A model generated the notes under the pieces. It saw only the letters and a list, made by a program, of their open reading frames with translations. It was not told the DNA's origin and searched no databases. A program made the translations under genes and the position numbers. Shown here piece by piece: positions 35,953 to 45,122 of a stretch of DNA of 53,648 nucleotides (position 1 is the first letter of the stretch; each line of letters starts with the position of its first letter). The stretch is from Escherichia virus TH29. The stretch lies in the sequence record MT446403.1, one strand, 5' to 3'.

Positions 35953-37988
35953 GCCGAGTAGTTGGCACTTGGGCCGGAGAATTCGATTGCAACCATATCT
36001 GAAACGTTATCGACACAATCGTCGTGTCCAGTACCACTACCCAAAGAAGTGAATCCAAGTATTTCACGTCTAACGTGGTCAATGTGTTCATGACCAGCAG
36101 GGAAGAATATCCTCTTTTGGGAGAAATATGGGATTGCGTTAAGGAATCGAGTTACCTTGTCATTACCGTTAATGCCATCACGAGGCAGTGGTAAAACTCG
36201 GACACTCCCATCTCTAATAAATTGTTGGTTCAAGAACTGTCCAGCAGACTTATCTTCCATGTACAAAGCACGAGGAATGCAGCCTACATATTTCAAATCC
36301 AACTTATTGCATTTATTCCAGAAGTCGATAATAGCAGTCTTGAGTTCTGGAGTTTCAAACTTACCGAGCATGATATCTAAACAATAAACATCCCGCTCTT
36401 TAGTCACGCCCCAATGCTTAAGGACCGAATAGTCAGAATAAGACTTGGCAGTTGATGCCGTATCAGCAGTGATGAAACTTCTAACTATACGACTTCTGTC
36501 GAAAGCGTCTGGCTCATACTCTTGCCACCAGTCTTCTTTAACAAGGCCATGACCTTGAGCAGACGGGTCGCCAGCATACTGTGAGTTGTATGTGTATGGG
36601 TTGGACTCCTTCATTGCCTCCAAAGATTCTAAACTCTTACGTGAAGGCCACAATGCAGACTTCTCTTCTTTCCTGTTCAAATCATAGAGAATAGGGATAG
36701 CATGAGTGTAGTTCTGCTTCTTAATTAATTTGTCGTACCACTGAGCACTGCCAACACCTTTCTCAATAATCGCTGGGATATTGAGATAGTGGTATTTATC
36801 AGAGGAGCCACCACGGAGTATATAACCAACTAAATCTTGGTCATGAACTCGCTGCATGATGATAACCATCGGAGTACGTGAACACTTAATTTGGTTTCCA
36901 CGTGAATCTGTTATGCACCCATCATTGGCAAGACGGGACATAAAGGTGTTATCAAATCGGTCGTTGATTTCTGCTCGAACAGTGTCAGAGTAGGCATCCT
37001 TCGGTTTGATAACGTCATCCACCACAAAGCAACCGGAGTAGTTTGCGACAAGAAGTCCAGCACCTTTGCCAGTTAGCTTACCACCAGTAGGTACTGCGTG
37101 CATAACTCCAGCTTTGGTCGTACCCCAGCGTTCAAGTGAACGTTTGTTAGGGTCGATTCTCACCTTCGGGAATATGCGTTGGAACAGCGGGTCCAACATT
37201 ACTGCACGGATGTAGCCACTAGATTCCAATACAACGTCTTCTGCATAGGAGGTGATGATGTTGTGGCTTGATTCATTGTGGCAGAATGAATACAGCGGCA
37301 ATGCAATACTCATAAGCTGAGTTTTGGAGTGTCGTGGTGGAATGGTGACAATTAGTCGGTCAATCTCACCGTCAACAACTTTCTGCCCTACTTTGAATAT
37401 TACATCGTGAAAGTCTTGAGACTGGAATGGGAATCCCATCTGAATGTGGAACTGCCATTTACCAAATGCCTCAAAACTCTTCATCAAAATTTTACGGACT
37501 TGTTCTGCAACCTTGGCTGGGATTACAGTTGGGTCAACGTTATGCGGGTCATAAAGGATTTTATCAACAAGCTCTTGTGTATTGTCGTGTTCAGAAGTTG
37601 GCTCTTCTAAAGTCGAACCAGCTACACGGTCTGTTACACCAGCTTGGATTCCTTTCTTCAACTCGTCGGCATACGCAGTTGAATCTTTCTTATCGCCAGA
37701 GCGAAGGCGCTCAAGTTGTGCTCGGAAAACGGAACGCAATACAGCATCGTTTTCAAGACCCTGGCCTTCTAACTCTGCTTGAATTTGTTCTTCATAGCTG
37801 TCAACTATCGCAGTATTTTCTGAAATATATCGACGGAGCAATGGCAAAGATAGAATGCAGAATCTTTCTCTTGAGACTTTTAATACGTCACCGTAGTGTT
37901 TGGCAAGATACGAGGCTACTGTATCATTAAACTCCGGTCCGAGGTCATCAGTCTTTGACATTGATTCGTTCTCTTTGGTTTTAATCAC
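35943..37988 (-). CDS. Terminase large subunit
   Basis: 681 aa; N-terminal ATPase region (VTIPPRHSKTQL, VVDDVIKPKD) and C-terminal nuclease-like acidic motifs (GHDDCVDNVSD). Confidence 0.8.
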   Translation of the reverse strand: MIKTKENESMSKTDDLGPEFNDTVASYLAKHYGDVLKVSRERFCILSLPLLRRYISENTAIVDSYEEQIQAELEGQGLENDAVLRSVFRAQLERLRSGDKKDSTAYADELKKGIQAGVTDRVAGSTLEEPTSEHDNTQELVDKILYDPHNVDPTVIPAKVAEQVRKILMKSFEAFGKWQFHIQMGFPFQSQDFHDVIFKVGQKVVDGEIDRLIVTIPPRHSKTQLMSIALPLYSFCHNESSHNIITSYAEDVVLESSGYIRAVMLDPLFQRIFPKVRIDPNKRSLERWGTTKAGVMHAVPTGGKLTGKGAGLLVANYSGCFVVDDVIKPKDAYSDTVRAEINDRFDNTFMSRLANDGCITDSRGNQIKCSRTPMVIIMQRVHDQDLVGYILRGGSSDKYHYLNIPAIIEKGVGSAQWYDKLIKKQNYTHAIPILYDLNRKEEKSALWPSRKSLESLEAMKESNPYTYNSQYAGDPSAQGHGLVKEDWWQEYEPDAFDRSRIVRSFITADTASTAKSYSDYSVLKHWGVTKERDVYCLDIMLGKFETPELKTAIIDFWNKCNKLDLKYVGCIPRALYMEDKSAGQFLNQQFIRDGSVRVLPLPRDGINGNDKVTRFLNAIPYFSQKRIFFPAGHEHIDHVRREILGFTSLGSGTGHDDCVDNVSDMVAIEFSGPSANYSAWM

Positions 37989-38166
37989 AATCCACTAATG
38001 GCGGAGTTTGCACGGGATTGATGCGAATGATATTGCCCAAACTAGAATCAGCTTTTAAAATGAGCCGATTTAGTGGCATGAATGAATCACAGATAGGACA
38101 TTGTTGGACGATGAAATCATCCTCTGCCACTTCGTAATGGCAGTTACTACATTGAATTGTGCGCAT
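37981..38166 (-). CDS. Zinc-ribbon protein
   Basis: 61 aa with CSNCHY...CPICD Cys pairs; directly upstream of the terminase gene. Confidence 0.5.
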   Translation of the reverse strand: MRTIQCSNCHYEVAEDDFIVQQCPICDSFMPLNRLILKADSSLGNIIRINPVQTPPLVDCD

Positions 38167-38169
38167 AAG

Positions 38170-38204
38170 CGACTCCGAATAAGATAGGAGGCTAGATAGC
38201 CTCC
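38170..38204 (-). terminator. Hairpin between the replication/nucleotide module and the packaging module
   Basis: GGAGGCU-AUCU-AGCCUCC (7 bp) followed by UAUCUUAUUCGG on the minus strand. Confidence 0.45.
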
Positions 38205-38220
38205 CTATTATGCGTGCCGC

Positions 38221-38550
38221 TTAATATTTAATATCGCTCCAATCCATATCTTTAAAGAAATCTTCAAGATATTGTTGGGTAGAACCAACAACCACCACAA
38301 TCTTAAATGGCAGTATCAGCGGCTTTACAGCCGACATTAAATCTTCGCGCCCACGCTTGATACGTTCGACGTTCTTGATTGTATTTTCACCACGAGGAAG
38401 CATGAAAACGATAACATCCGCACCTGTTTCATTGCGCGTTGCAAGTGCACGGGTGAGATAAGTACCACCGCCAGTTGAAGTGACGGTGGATTTCAAATAT
38501 GCAAACTTGACTTTGCGATTATTTACAACAACAGGTGAGGACAGTTTCAT
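38221..38550 (-). CDS. Hypothetical protein
   Basis: 109-aa ORF. Confidence 0.5.
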   Translation of the reverse strand: MKLSSPVVVNNRKVKFAYLKSTVTSTGGGTYLTRALATRNETGADVIVFMLPRGENTIKNVERIKRGREDLMSAVKPLILPFKIVVVVGSTQQYLEDFFKDMDWSDIKY

Positions 38551-38579
38551 TCAGATAGGTTCCAAATAGTTACTAATTA

Positions 38580-39032
38580 CTAAACTCGTCCAGTTGAACC
38601 AAACCCACCTTCACCACGAACAGTAGAATTTAAGTGGTCAACTTCAACGAAATGGTGTTGAGTAGCTTTACTAACTTGCACTTGACAAACACGTTCGCCT
38701 GGTTGAATAACAAAGGCTGTGTCCGAGTCGTTGTGCAGCTTAACCATAAGATTACCGCGATAGTCGGAATCCAGAATGCCTGTGCAATTTGCAAGGCGAA
38801 TACCAGACTTAAAGCCGTGACCAGAACGGCTATGCACTTTGAGTTCGTATCCAATTGGTACTTCGAACTGGAGGCCAGTATCGACAACAACAGAAGAGCC
38901 GGGATTGATAACAACAGTGGTATCGGATACAGTACAAACATCAGCAGCAGCAGCGCCAGCTGTAGCGTACACAGGTAATTTCGCATTAGGATGTACTCGC
39001 TTAACTGCAACAACTTGGGTAATACAGGACAT
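38580..39032 (-). CDS. dut: dUTP diphosphatase (dUTPase)
   Basis: 150 aa with GILDSDYRG and C-terminal RGEGGFGSTG motifs. Confidence 0.85.
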   Translation of the reverse strand: MSCITQVVAVKRVHPNAKLPVYATAGAAAADVCTVSDTTVVINPGSSVVVDTGLQFEVPIGYELKVHSRSGHGFKSGIRLANCTGILDSDYRGNLMVKLHNDSDTAFVIQPGERVCQVQVSKATQHHFVEVDHLNSTVRGEGGFGSTGRV

Positions 39033-39033
39033 A

Positions 39034-39762
39034 TTATTTCTCTGCTTGATAGGTTATGCGTTCAATCCAGTTGAACACTTTGAATACGGAATCACCCACT
39101 TTACCATCAATTAGATGTTCATCCACTGTTACGCGGGTAGGTGTGTCTGGGAGGTTGATGTATCTGCGAGAATCGCCCGTGAAATCAAAACCATCACGAT
39201 GCAAACGCACAATGATGACGAAATCGTAAGCAGACTCAACGGCAACGACTTCATCGCCAAAACCGCCATCGGGATAAATGACATTAATAACGCCACCCAT
39301 ACGCCCCGCGAGTTCTTTAACACGAGCAGCTTCAACATTGCCGAAGTAGTCCTGTCCGTGACGAGGTTTATAGATGTTTTCACTAACATGAATAAGAGCT
39401 TGGCGAGGTGTTCTGCCACCCAGACCTGCAAGGGAGATAGAGTCTTTGAGGTCACGGTCCGAAGCGTAGTGAATAAACTTGTCCACATCAACTTGAAAGT
39501 GTTTGGCAGTATGCTCATACAGTGCATCCTTAAACTGGTGTTTAGTGAATCGGCGCTTGCCGAGAAAGTAAGGTTCCTCGGCAGCAACTATCCTGTTGGC
39601 AATTGTGTCTTTACCACAGCCAGGAGGTCCGTTAAGAATAACGGCTAATTTCTTAATCAAAACTTTCCTCACTCTTGTCTGCGCGAAGTCGAACCAAAGA
39701 AGGGAAGCGGAATTTACCAGCCTCAGTCTTCTCACGATACCGGACTTGCATAATCGAACCAA
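39034..39762 (-). CDS. P-loop nucleotide kinase (putative dNMP kinase)
   Basis: Walker A ILNGPPGCGKDT; ORF-track start is TTG and overlaps the ligase gene, so the true start is probably internal (GTG 39672 or TTG 39660). Confidence 0.55.
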   Translation of the reverse strand: MVRLCKSGIVRRLRLVNSASLLWFDFAQTRVRKVLIKKLAVILNGPPGCGKDTIANRIVAAEEPYFLGKRRFTKHQFKDALYEHTAKHFQVDVDKFIHYASDRDLKDSISLAGLGGRTPRQALIHVSENIYKPRHGQDYFGNVEAARVKELAGRMGGVINVIYPDGGFGDEVVAVESAYDFVIIVRLHRDGFDFTGDSRRYINLPDTPTRVTVDEHLIDGKVGDSVFKVFNWIERITYQAEK

Positions 39763-40408
39763 CTAGCTCGTTACGGTGTTCCCACAACCACTTGCGGATT
39801 TCAGTGTTTGATTCTGGAATACCGTGGTCTGCCAGACAGTCTTTCACCATCGAGCCAGCACTGCCGTAGTTAGAAGAGATAGAACCACACATACCCTTAA
39901 GAGCACCAGTACCTTCTTTCATACCAGTAATCTTCACATCGGCGTATTTGTATGGTACAATCTTCCACCACTTACCTTTTGCATCGCGGACGATAATACC
40001 CTCATGACCAAGCGCCAGATATTTATCCATCAATGCCTTAAGGTTTTCATTGCTTGGGTCCTTGCACCAGCCGATGTACAGGCGTGGGTCAACAGCACCA
40101 TCACTCAACTCATACACGTTTTCTTGAGTTAGTGCGACCGTAGGCGGGTCAATACGACCGAGGATGCTAGAAGTCTCATTCCAACTATTACGGAATATCT
40201 CAGCATCTCTGAACTCCAGGTGCGATAAATGAGGTAAGGGTTTGGAATTACGACTCCAGACACCACCTGCTTTATTACGGATAGCTCGAATTCCGTCAAT
40301 CTTGATGAAGAGTTCGCAGCGTCCTTTGATTTGGCAGTCTGGGTCTTCCCAATCATGAGCATGGGCCTTCGTATATTTTGTACCATCATCGAGAAGCTTA
40401 ATAGTCAT
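39653..40408 (-). CDS. ATP-dependent DNA ligase
   Basis: 251 aa with adenylation motif KIDGIR (in ELFIKIDGIRAIR). Confidence 0.75.
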   Translation of the reverse strand: MTIKLLDDGTKYTKAHAHDWEDPDCQIKGRCELFIKIDGIRAIRNKAGGVWSRNSKPLPHLSHLEFRDAEIFRNSWNETSSILGRIDPPTVALTQENVYELSDGAVDPRLYIGWCKDPSNENLKALMDKYLALGHEGIIVRDAKGKWWKIVPYKYADVKITGMKEGTGALKGMCGSISSNYGSAGSMVKDCLADHGIPESNTEIRKWLWEHRNELVGSIMQVRYREKTEAGKFRFPSLVRLRADKSEESFD

Positions 40409-40922
40409 TAAGATTCAGTCTCAAGTATTCTCGGACAGCACTCTTACGTCCGATTTTGGTTTTAGGGATTGGGTCAATCTTGGCGAGTTTGCACTTAGCA
40501 ATTTGCTCGTCATCTTTCAATTTGGCGAATGCAATACACTTCTTCTCTATGACTGCATCTCGGCGAGATACTCCATATCGTTCCATGTATGTGATGATGC
40601 CATGACAATCATGACACAACAGTTCCAAATCTTCTGGCTGAACCAATAAAAGGTTGTCCACAAAACGGTGAAGGTCTTCCAACTTAAGGAGTCCTCCAAC
40701 CTGCTTCTTGTGGTTTACTTCAATCTCTTTTAACTTATACAGTTTCTTACAGTGATAGCACTGAATGTGGAATATTGGTTTGTTGGATGTACCAACTTTC
40801 AACGCCACACGTCGAGCCTGGATAAGAGATAGCTTGCTTGGGTGTTTAGACCAAACACTGCGAATAGCAGACTGGAGCCAAGAAACAAACTTGGCTTCCG
40901 TACCACAATAACCGTAAGCCAT
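40398..40922 (-). CDS. HNH / endonuclease VII-like nuclease (putative)
   Basis: 174 aa with CYHCKK...EVNHKK...CHDCHG Cys/His arrangement. Confidence 0.45.
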   Translation of the reverse strand: MAYGYCGTEAKFVSWLQSAIRSVWSKHPSKLSLIQARRVALKVGTSNKPIFHIQCYHCKKLYKLKEIEVNHKKQVGGLLKLEDLHRFVDNLLLVQPEDLELLCHDCHGIITYMERYGVSRRDAVIEKKCIAFAKLKDDEQIAKCKLAKIDPIPKTKIGRKSAVREYLRLNLNDY

Positions 40923-40933
40923 TTCAACTCCAA

Positions 40934-41995
40934 TTATTTCTGGAGATACTCTGCATGAGGGATTATACGGTTCTCTTTAAGATGGAATCGGTCAATGACA
41001 CCTTTGTAGTGCCACAAGCGAACGAGGTTTCCATCATCAATTTGGTGATGCATGTACACGAGTCGACCAACTTTGAGGAGTTCTTCTTCCCAACCGTCTC
41101 CGAATCGCATGATAAATGCACCAATAACTTTCTTCAAACCTTCTGCATAAGTAGTGGTCTTATCCAAAAGTTCGAAAGATTCGACAGCACCGACACCACT
41201 TCGACGGAAATATGTTTCTCCAGCCTTGGCACCAGTCTTGTAAATCTTCTCTTCCAGAACACCGCAACCCATAACGTTATCCGTTGAGTCGCCTATAAGT
41301 AGTTGATGCAAGAAGAATTTAGGGCCACAGCCTTTAACTTCTTTCTTCTTAGATTTACCGTTGTCTTTGATAATTAATTTGAGTTCACCATAATCCTTCG
41401 GGATTACAATCTTCTCACCAATACCCTGGGATTCACGCTCCCATTGGTAATGTTTGATTACTGGACCAGTGCCACCGAATTGTCCGATTTGGCGCAAGTC
41501 TTTGTCAAGCGACGCAATCCAAACTTCATCATATGTGCACGGACCAATACGCGTGAGGCTTTTAATCTCATTACGTTTACCCATTGTTGCTTCGTATTCA
41601 TGGCGAGCGAATACAGCCAGAAGGTCATCTGCTTCCAGACCCTTCATCCACATTCCGTTCCATGCAACCATGAGATGTGCTTTCGCATTCTTAAGGTTTT
41701 CTGGACGCCATACGCCATCACGGTTGCCCTTATAGTCAGGAGCAAATTCGTTGCGCATTGTTTTGGATGGGGAGATGAAAGTAATTACTTCCGTGGCACC
41801 AGCACGTTTGGCGAGGAATTCCATTTTAGAATCCATCGACATTTGAATCTTAGCAAAGTTAATATCTTCGGGGTCTTTGCCGTACTCTTCAGCAGCACAG
41901 TGGCTGAATGCAACCATGTCGCCGTCTACCAGCAACAATACTCGTTTCTTACTCACTTTGGTAAGCTCCAAATTAAAGGCTCCCGAAGGAGCCAA
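40934..41995 (-). CDS. 5'-3' exonuclease / flap endonuclease
   Basis: 353 aa with LLLVDGDMVAF, GLEADDLLAV and GDSTDNVMGCGV, the conserved acidic clusters of Pol I 5'-nuclease / T4 RNase H family. Confidence 0.8.
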   Translation of the reverse strand: MAPSGAFNLELTKVSKKRVLLLVDGDMVAFSHCAAEEYGKDPEDINFAKIQMSMDSKMEFLAKRAGATEVITFISPSKTMRNEFAPDYKGNRDGVWRPENLKNAKAHLMVAWNGMWMKGLEADDLLAVFARHEYEATMGKRNEIKSLTRIGPCTYDEVWIASLDKDLRQIGQFGGTGPVIKHYQWERESQGIGEKIVIPKDYGELKLIIKDNGKSKKKEVKGCGPKFFLHQLLIGDSTDNVMGCGVLEEKIYKTGAKAGETYFRRSGVGAVESFELLDKTTTYAEGLKKVIGAFIMRFGDGWEEELLKVGRLVYMHHQIDDGNLVRLWHYKGVIDRFHLKENRIIPHAEYLQK

Positions 41996-42001
41996 TTACA
42001 A

Positions 42002-42865
42002 TTAGAACGGCATTCCAGTGCCGCCAGCAGCACCACCTTCCGCTTCACGCTGTGCTTTTGCAGCAGCTTGAGCTTCCAGTTCAGCTTTCATTGCTGCATC
42101 AACTTCTTCATCAGAAGCCTGATTCGGAACAGAATCATCAGCAGGTTTACCGCCCAGCAGAACAGACAGTTTGGTTTTGTAGAAGTCAACACCAGCAGTG
42201 ATGCGGTTCTTGATTGCGTAAGGAGAATCACCACCAGGCAGTTTGTTGAACACTTCCAGGTCTGGTTCAGACATGTCGAAGAACACAGTCGGGTTAACCA
42301 GAGCTTTGGCTTCTTTCTTCTCTTTGGACTTCATTGGGGAGAAGGTAGCAACCTTGTTCGCAACCTGACCAGCGTTCTTGCCAGACTGTTTGGTGTATTG
42401 AACAATGCCAACAACCAGAGGTTCGCTCAGCCAATCTGGCAGGTTCTTAGCAGGGTGGCCCTGAATACCTTGTTCCAGATTCTGCTTAACTTCCAGAGCA
42501 TCAATCGCCTTAGCGAATTTGTAGATGTGGGAGTTGTCACCCATGAAGCCGTCAGCGTTGTAGGTAAACTCAAAGTCAAACCAACGCGGCTTGTCTTCAA
42601 GATTCTTCGCCATCATTACGCCGTCATCTTCGTCCGGGTCTTGGACCATGACCATGGCACCATTGCCATCAACTTCTTTCATGTACTCGTCGAGCAGCTC
42701 GAAAGTGACCAGAAGTTTCAGAGATGGGTTTGGATATTTAGCAGAGCCTGGCTGTAAGCCCAGGTCGATAATACGGCAGACACGAGCAGGATAACCACCC
42801 GCTTCCAGTAATGGTGCAGCAGAAGGAGTCTTGTTCGAGGCCAAAGTAGGAGCAGCAAATGCCAT
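42002..42865 (-). CDS. Putative ssDNA-binding protein (T7 gp2.5-like by position and C-terminus)
   Basis: 287 aa between exonuclease and polymerase genes; ends with a charged/Ala/Gly-rich tail and C-terminal Phe. Confidence 0.3.
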   Translation of the reverse strand: MAFAAPTLASNKTPSAAPLLEAGGYPARVCRIIDLGLQPGSAKYPNPSLKLLVTFELLDEYMKEVDGNGAMVMVQDPDEDDGVMMAKNLEDKPRWFDFEFTYNADGFMGDNSHIYKFAKAIDALEVKQNLEQGIQGHPAKNLPDWLSEPLVVGIVQYTKQSGKNAGQVANKVATFSPMKSKEKKEAKALVNPTVFFDMSEPDLEVFNKLPGGDSPYAIKNRITAGVDFYKTKLSVLLGGKPADDSVPNQASDEEVDAAMKAELEAQAAAKAQREAEGGAAGGTGMPF

Positions 42866-42876
42866 TTTGAGTACCT

Positions 42877-43122
42877 TTAAATTTCAATAATGTGAGAGTC
42901 AATGTCCAGGTCGGACAGGATAGATTGTGTTACTGCGAAATCTTCCGATTCCTTTAATGCTTTCAGGGCACTTTCGTAGGTGATATCGCCCTGATAATCA
43001 CTTCCAAATAATGCCGAGGCGTGCATCTCAATTGCAGACACCGCCAGTTGTGTGGCCGGAATATCTCCAGCCGCTTGATGGAGTTCCATCTGTTGTTTGT
43101 CGTACAAGGCTAAAACACGCAT
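42877..43122 (-). CDS. Small acidic protein
   Basis: 81 aa with about 14 Asp/Glu versus 4 Lys/Arg. Confidence 0.45.
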   Translation of the reverse strand: MRVLALYDKQQMELHQAAGDIPATQLAVSAIEMHASALFGSDYQGDITYESALKALKESEDFAVTQSILSDLDIDSHIIEI

Positions 43123-45056
43123 TAGTGAATCTCCGCGTAGTTATCACCGAACTGTACATCACATGCACAATCACGGTTAAGTTTAAGTTCTTTGTTGGTA
43201 CGTTCCATTGCTTCATTAAGCAAGTCCGTCCACAAATCACGGAAACCTTTCTTAACTTGGAGAATCAATTCATCGTGGAATTGTCCAGACAGAAGCGGGT
43301 CACAGCCCCAACGTTCGTTGCAAATTGCAATAATGTTGTTACACCAGATATCAAACACATATGCACCAGTACCCTGACACAGTGTTGAGAAGCGGTCTTT
43401 CTCTGTACGCAGAGAATACCAGAATTTGTTTACTGGATTCTGTTGCCACATCTGACCATCAACTGTGATGACTTTAGTGTTAGCAGCAATCTCTTTGATT
43501 GACCAGTTCAGGTCCCAATATGCTTTATGCAGACGTGCAGCCGTTGATTGGTCACAGTCAGCAGAACGAGCAACAGTTGGAATACCAGCACCATACTGAC
43601 AAGCATAGTTAGTGGTCTTAAACATTGGACGTTGCTTACATTTCTGTATGCCATCCTTGTGGTCCTGAGATTCTTTCTCAGTGATGAACCCACCGATTAC
43701 GCCGATTGCAAGGTGAGCATCATAGTCTGGTGCCAACTGCTTCTTAACATATTCAGGGTCATACATCCATTGGAAGTGGTGCTTACAGCGGTCTTCCAGT
43801 GAACACAAGTCAGAGCCTAACTGTTCGTAGTCTTCGCGCCACGCTTCCAGCAATGAACGGAGTTCTTCACCGCCAAATACACGAATAGAAGGGAGGTTAA
43901 CAAGTTCGCGGTGTTTAAGACGTAGAGTATTGGTAAGGCCACCGCATCGCGCAGTAAGGAATCCATCTTCATCGACGTCGCGAAGGAAGCCGTTAACAAC
44001 AGACAGACGGTGTTTATACACGCCCAACCCAATAAGATGTTGAATACCAGAGTCGGGGTTTCTTTCTGCCAGCTTATGCAAGCTCGGACAGATTTCAGGA
44101 TTGCCATCTTCATCCTTAACTGTGATTTGAGGAATCTGGCGAGTCTCGCCCGTCTCCTTGTTACGGTCAAACTTAAAGGTTTCTGGAACCCAGCCAAGGC
44201 TGAATAACCAATCTTTGATTTGTACGTGTGAACCAGCGTTAGGTTCTTTGTAACCCTTGAGCACCTTAATGTGTAAGTCTGGGTCTTTCCAGTCCAAACC
44301 GTTTGCATCACAGACAGCCTTCCACTTAATACCAGTTGCAGACAATTGTCCGTTCATTTTGTGGCATTTAGCTGGACGGGCCTTGATTGCATATTCTGGA
44401 ACACGAGGCATTGACGCTTCCAACGCATCCGTCTTCTCTTTAATCATTGGTTCAAGTTTGGCCTTAAATGCCAATGCTTTCTCAATGTTCAGCTTCCAGC
44501 GAGTGCGTTGTTGAATAACTTGTTGACGAGCTTTGGTCATAAGGTATTCCACGAAGCGACGAACTTCGCCAGGAGTTTTGTAAATCTTAAGCAACTGCAT
44601 GAACTGCTGTTCCCACAAGAGGTGTTGAATCTTGCAGTCTTCCAGTACACGGTTGTTATAATCTGCTTGAGTTTGATTTTCCCAATCTTCAATGACTGGT
44701 TTCGGCACACCAAACTCTTCCCCATAACCTTCCAAACCGTGCTTAACACGACGAGGTTGGAGATACCAACTGATAAACAAAGTATCAATTAGCAGAACTT
44801 TTGAAACGTCGTAACCAAGAAACTTAAGAGCTTCCATATCAAAGGTTGCGCCGTTATGCATAATCATTGTTGGACCGGAGTCCAGAAATGCTTGAATGGA
44901 TTTACGGTCAGTCCATTCGATGACTTTCTCTTCACGAGTCAGTACATCAATAAAGCCAATGTTGTGAAGACGTGGGGCAGCTTGTTTCTTCATCTGCTCC
45001 AACAGGCCAGTTGTTTCAATGTCACTGGCATACATATTTTCCCAAGGATACAACAC
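43122..45056 (-). CDS. DNA polymerase, family A, with 3'-5' exonuclease domain
   Basis: Exo motifs YASDIETTGL and HNGATFD; polymerase motif B RPMFKTTNYACQYGAG and motif C QFHDELILQV. True start may be the Met at about 45035. Confidence 0.85.
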   Translation of the reverse strand: MLYPWENMYASDIETTGLLEQMKKQAAPRLHNIGFIDVLTREEKVIEWTDRKSIQAFLDSGPTMIMHNGATFDMEALKFLGYDVSKVLLIDTLFISWYLQPRRVKHGLEGYGEEFGVPKPVIEDWENQTQADYNNRVLEDCKIQHLLWEQQFMQLLKIYKTPGEVRRFVEYLMTKARQQVIQQRTRWKLNIEKALAFKAKLEPMIKEKTDALEASMPRVPEYAIKARPAKCHKMNGQLSATGIKWKAVCDANGLDWKDPDLHIKVLKGYKEPNAGSHVQIKDWLFSLGWVPETFKFDRNKETGETRQIPQITVKDEDGNPEICPSLHKLAERNPDSGIQHLIGLGVYKHRLSVVNGFLRDVDEDGFLTARCGGLTNTLRLKHRELVNLPSIRVFGGEELRSLLEAWREDYEQLGSDLCSLEDRCKHHFQWMYDPEYVKKQLAPDYDAHLAIGVIGGFITEKESQDHKDGIQKCKQRPMFKTTNYACQYGAGIPTVARSADCDQSTAARLHKAYWDLNWSIKEIAANTKVITVDGQMWQQNPVNKFWYSLRTEKDRFSTLCQGTGAYVFDIWCNNIIAICNERWGCDPLLSGQFHDELILQVKKGFRDLWTDLLNEAMERTNKELKLNRDCACDVQFGDNYAEIH

Positions 45057-45122
45057 AGTATGGCTCCAATGGATTTGGTGAGGTCTACGCTGGTGGGCGA
45101 ACCATGCAGCGTAGAAGCTCTG

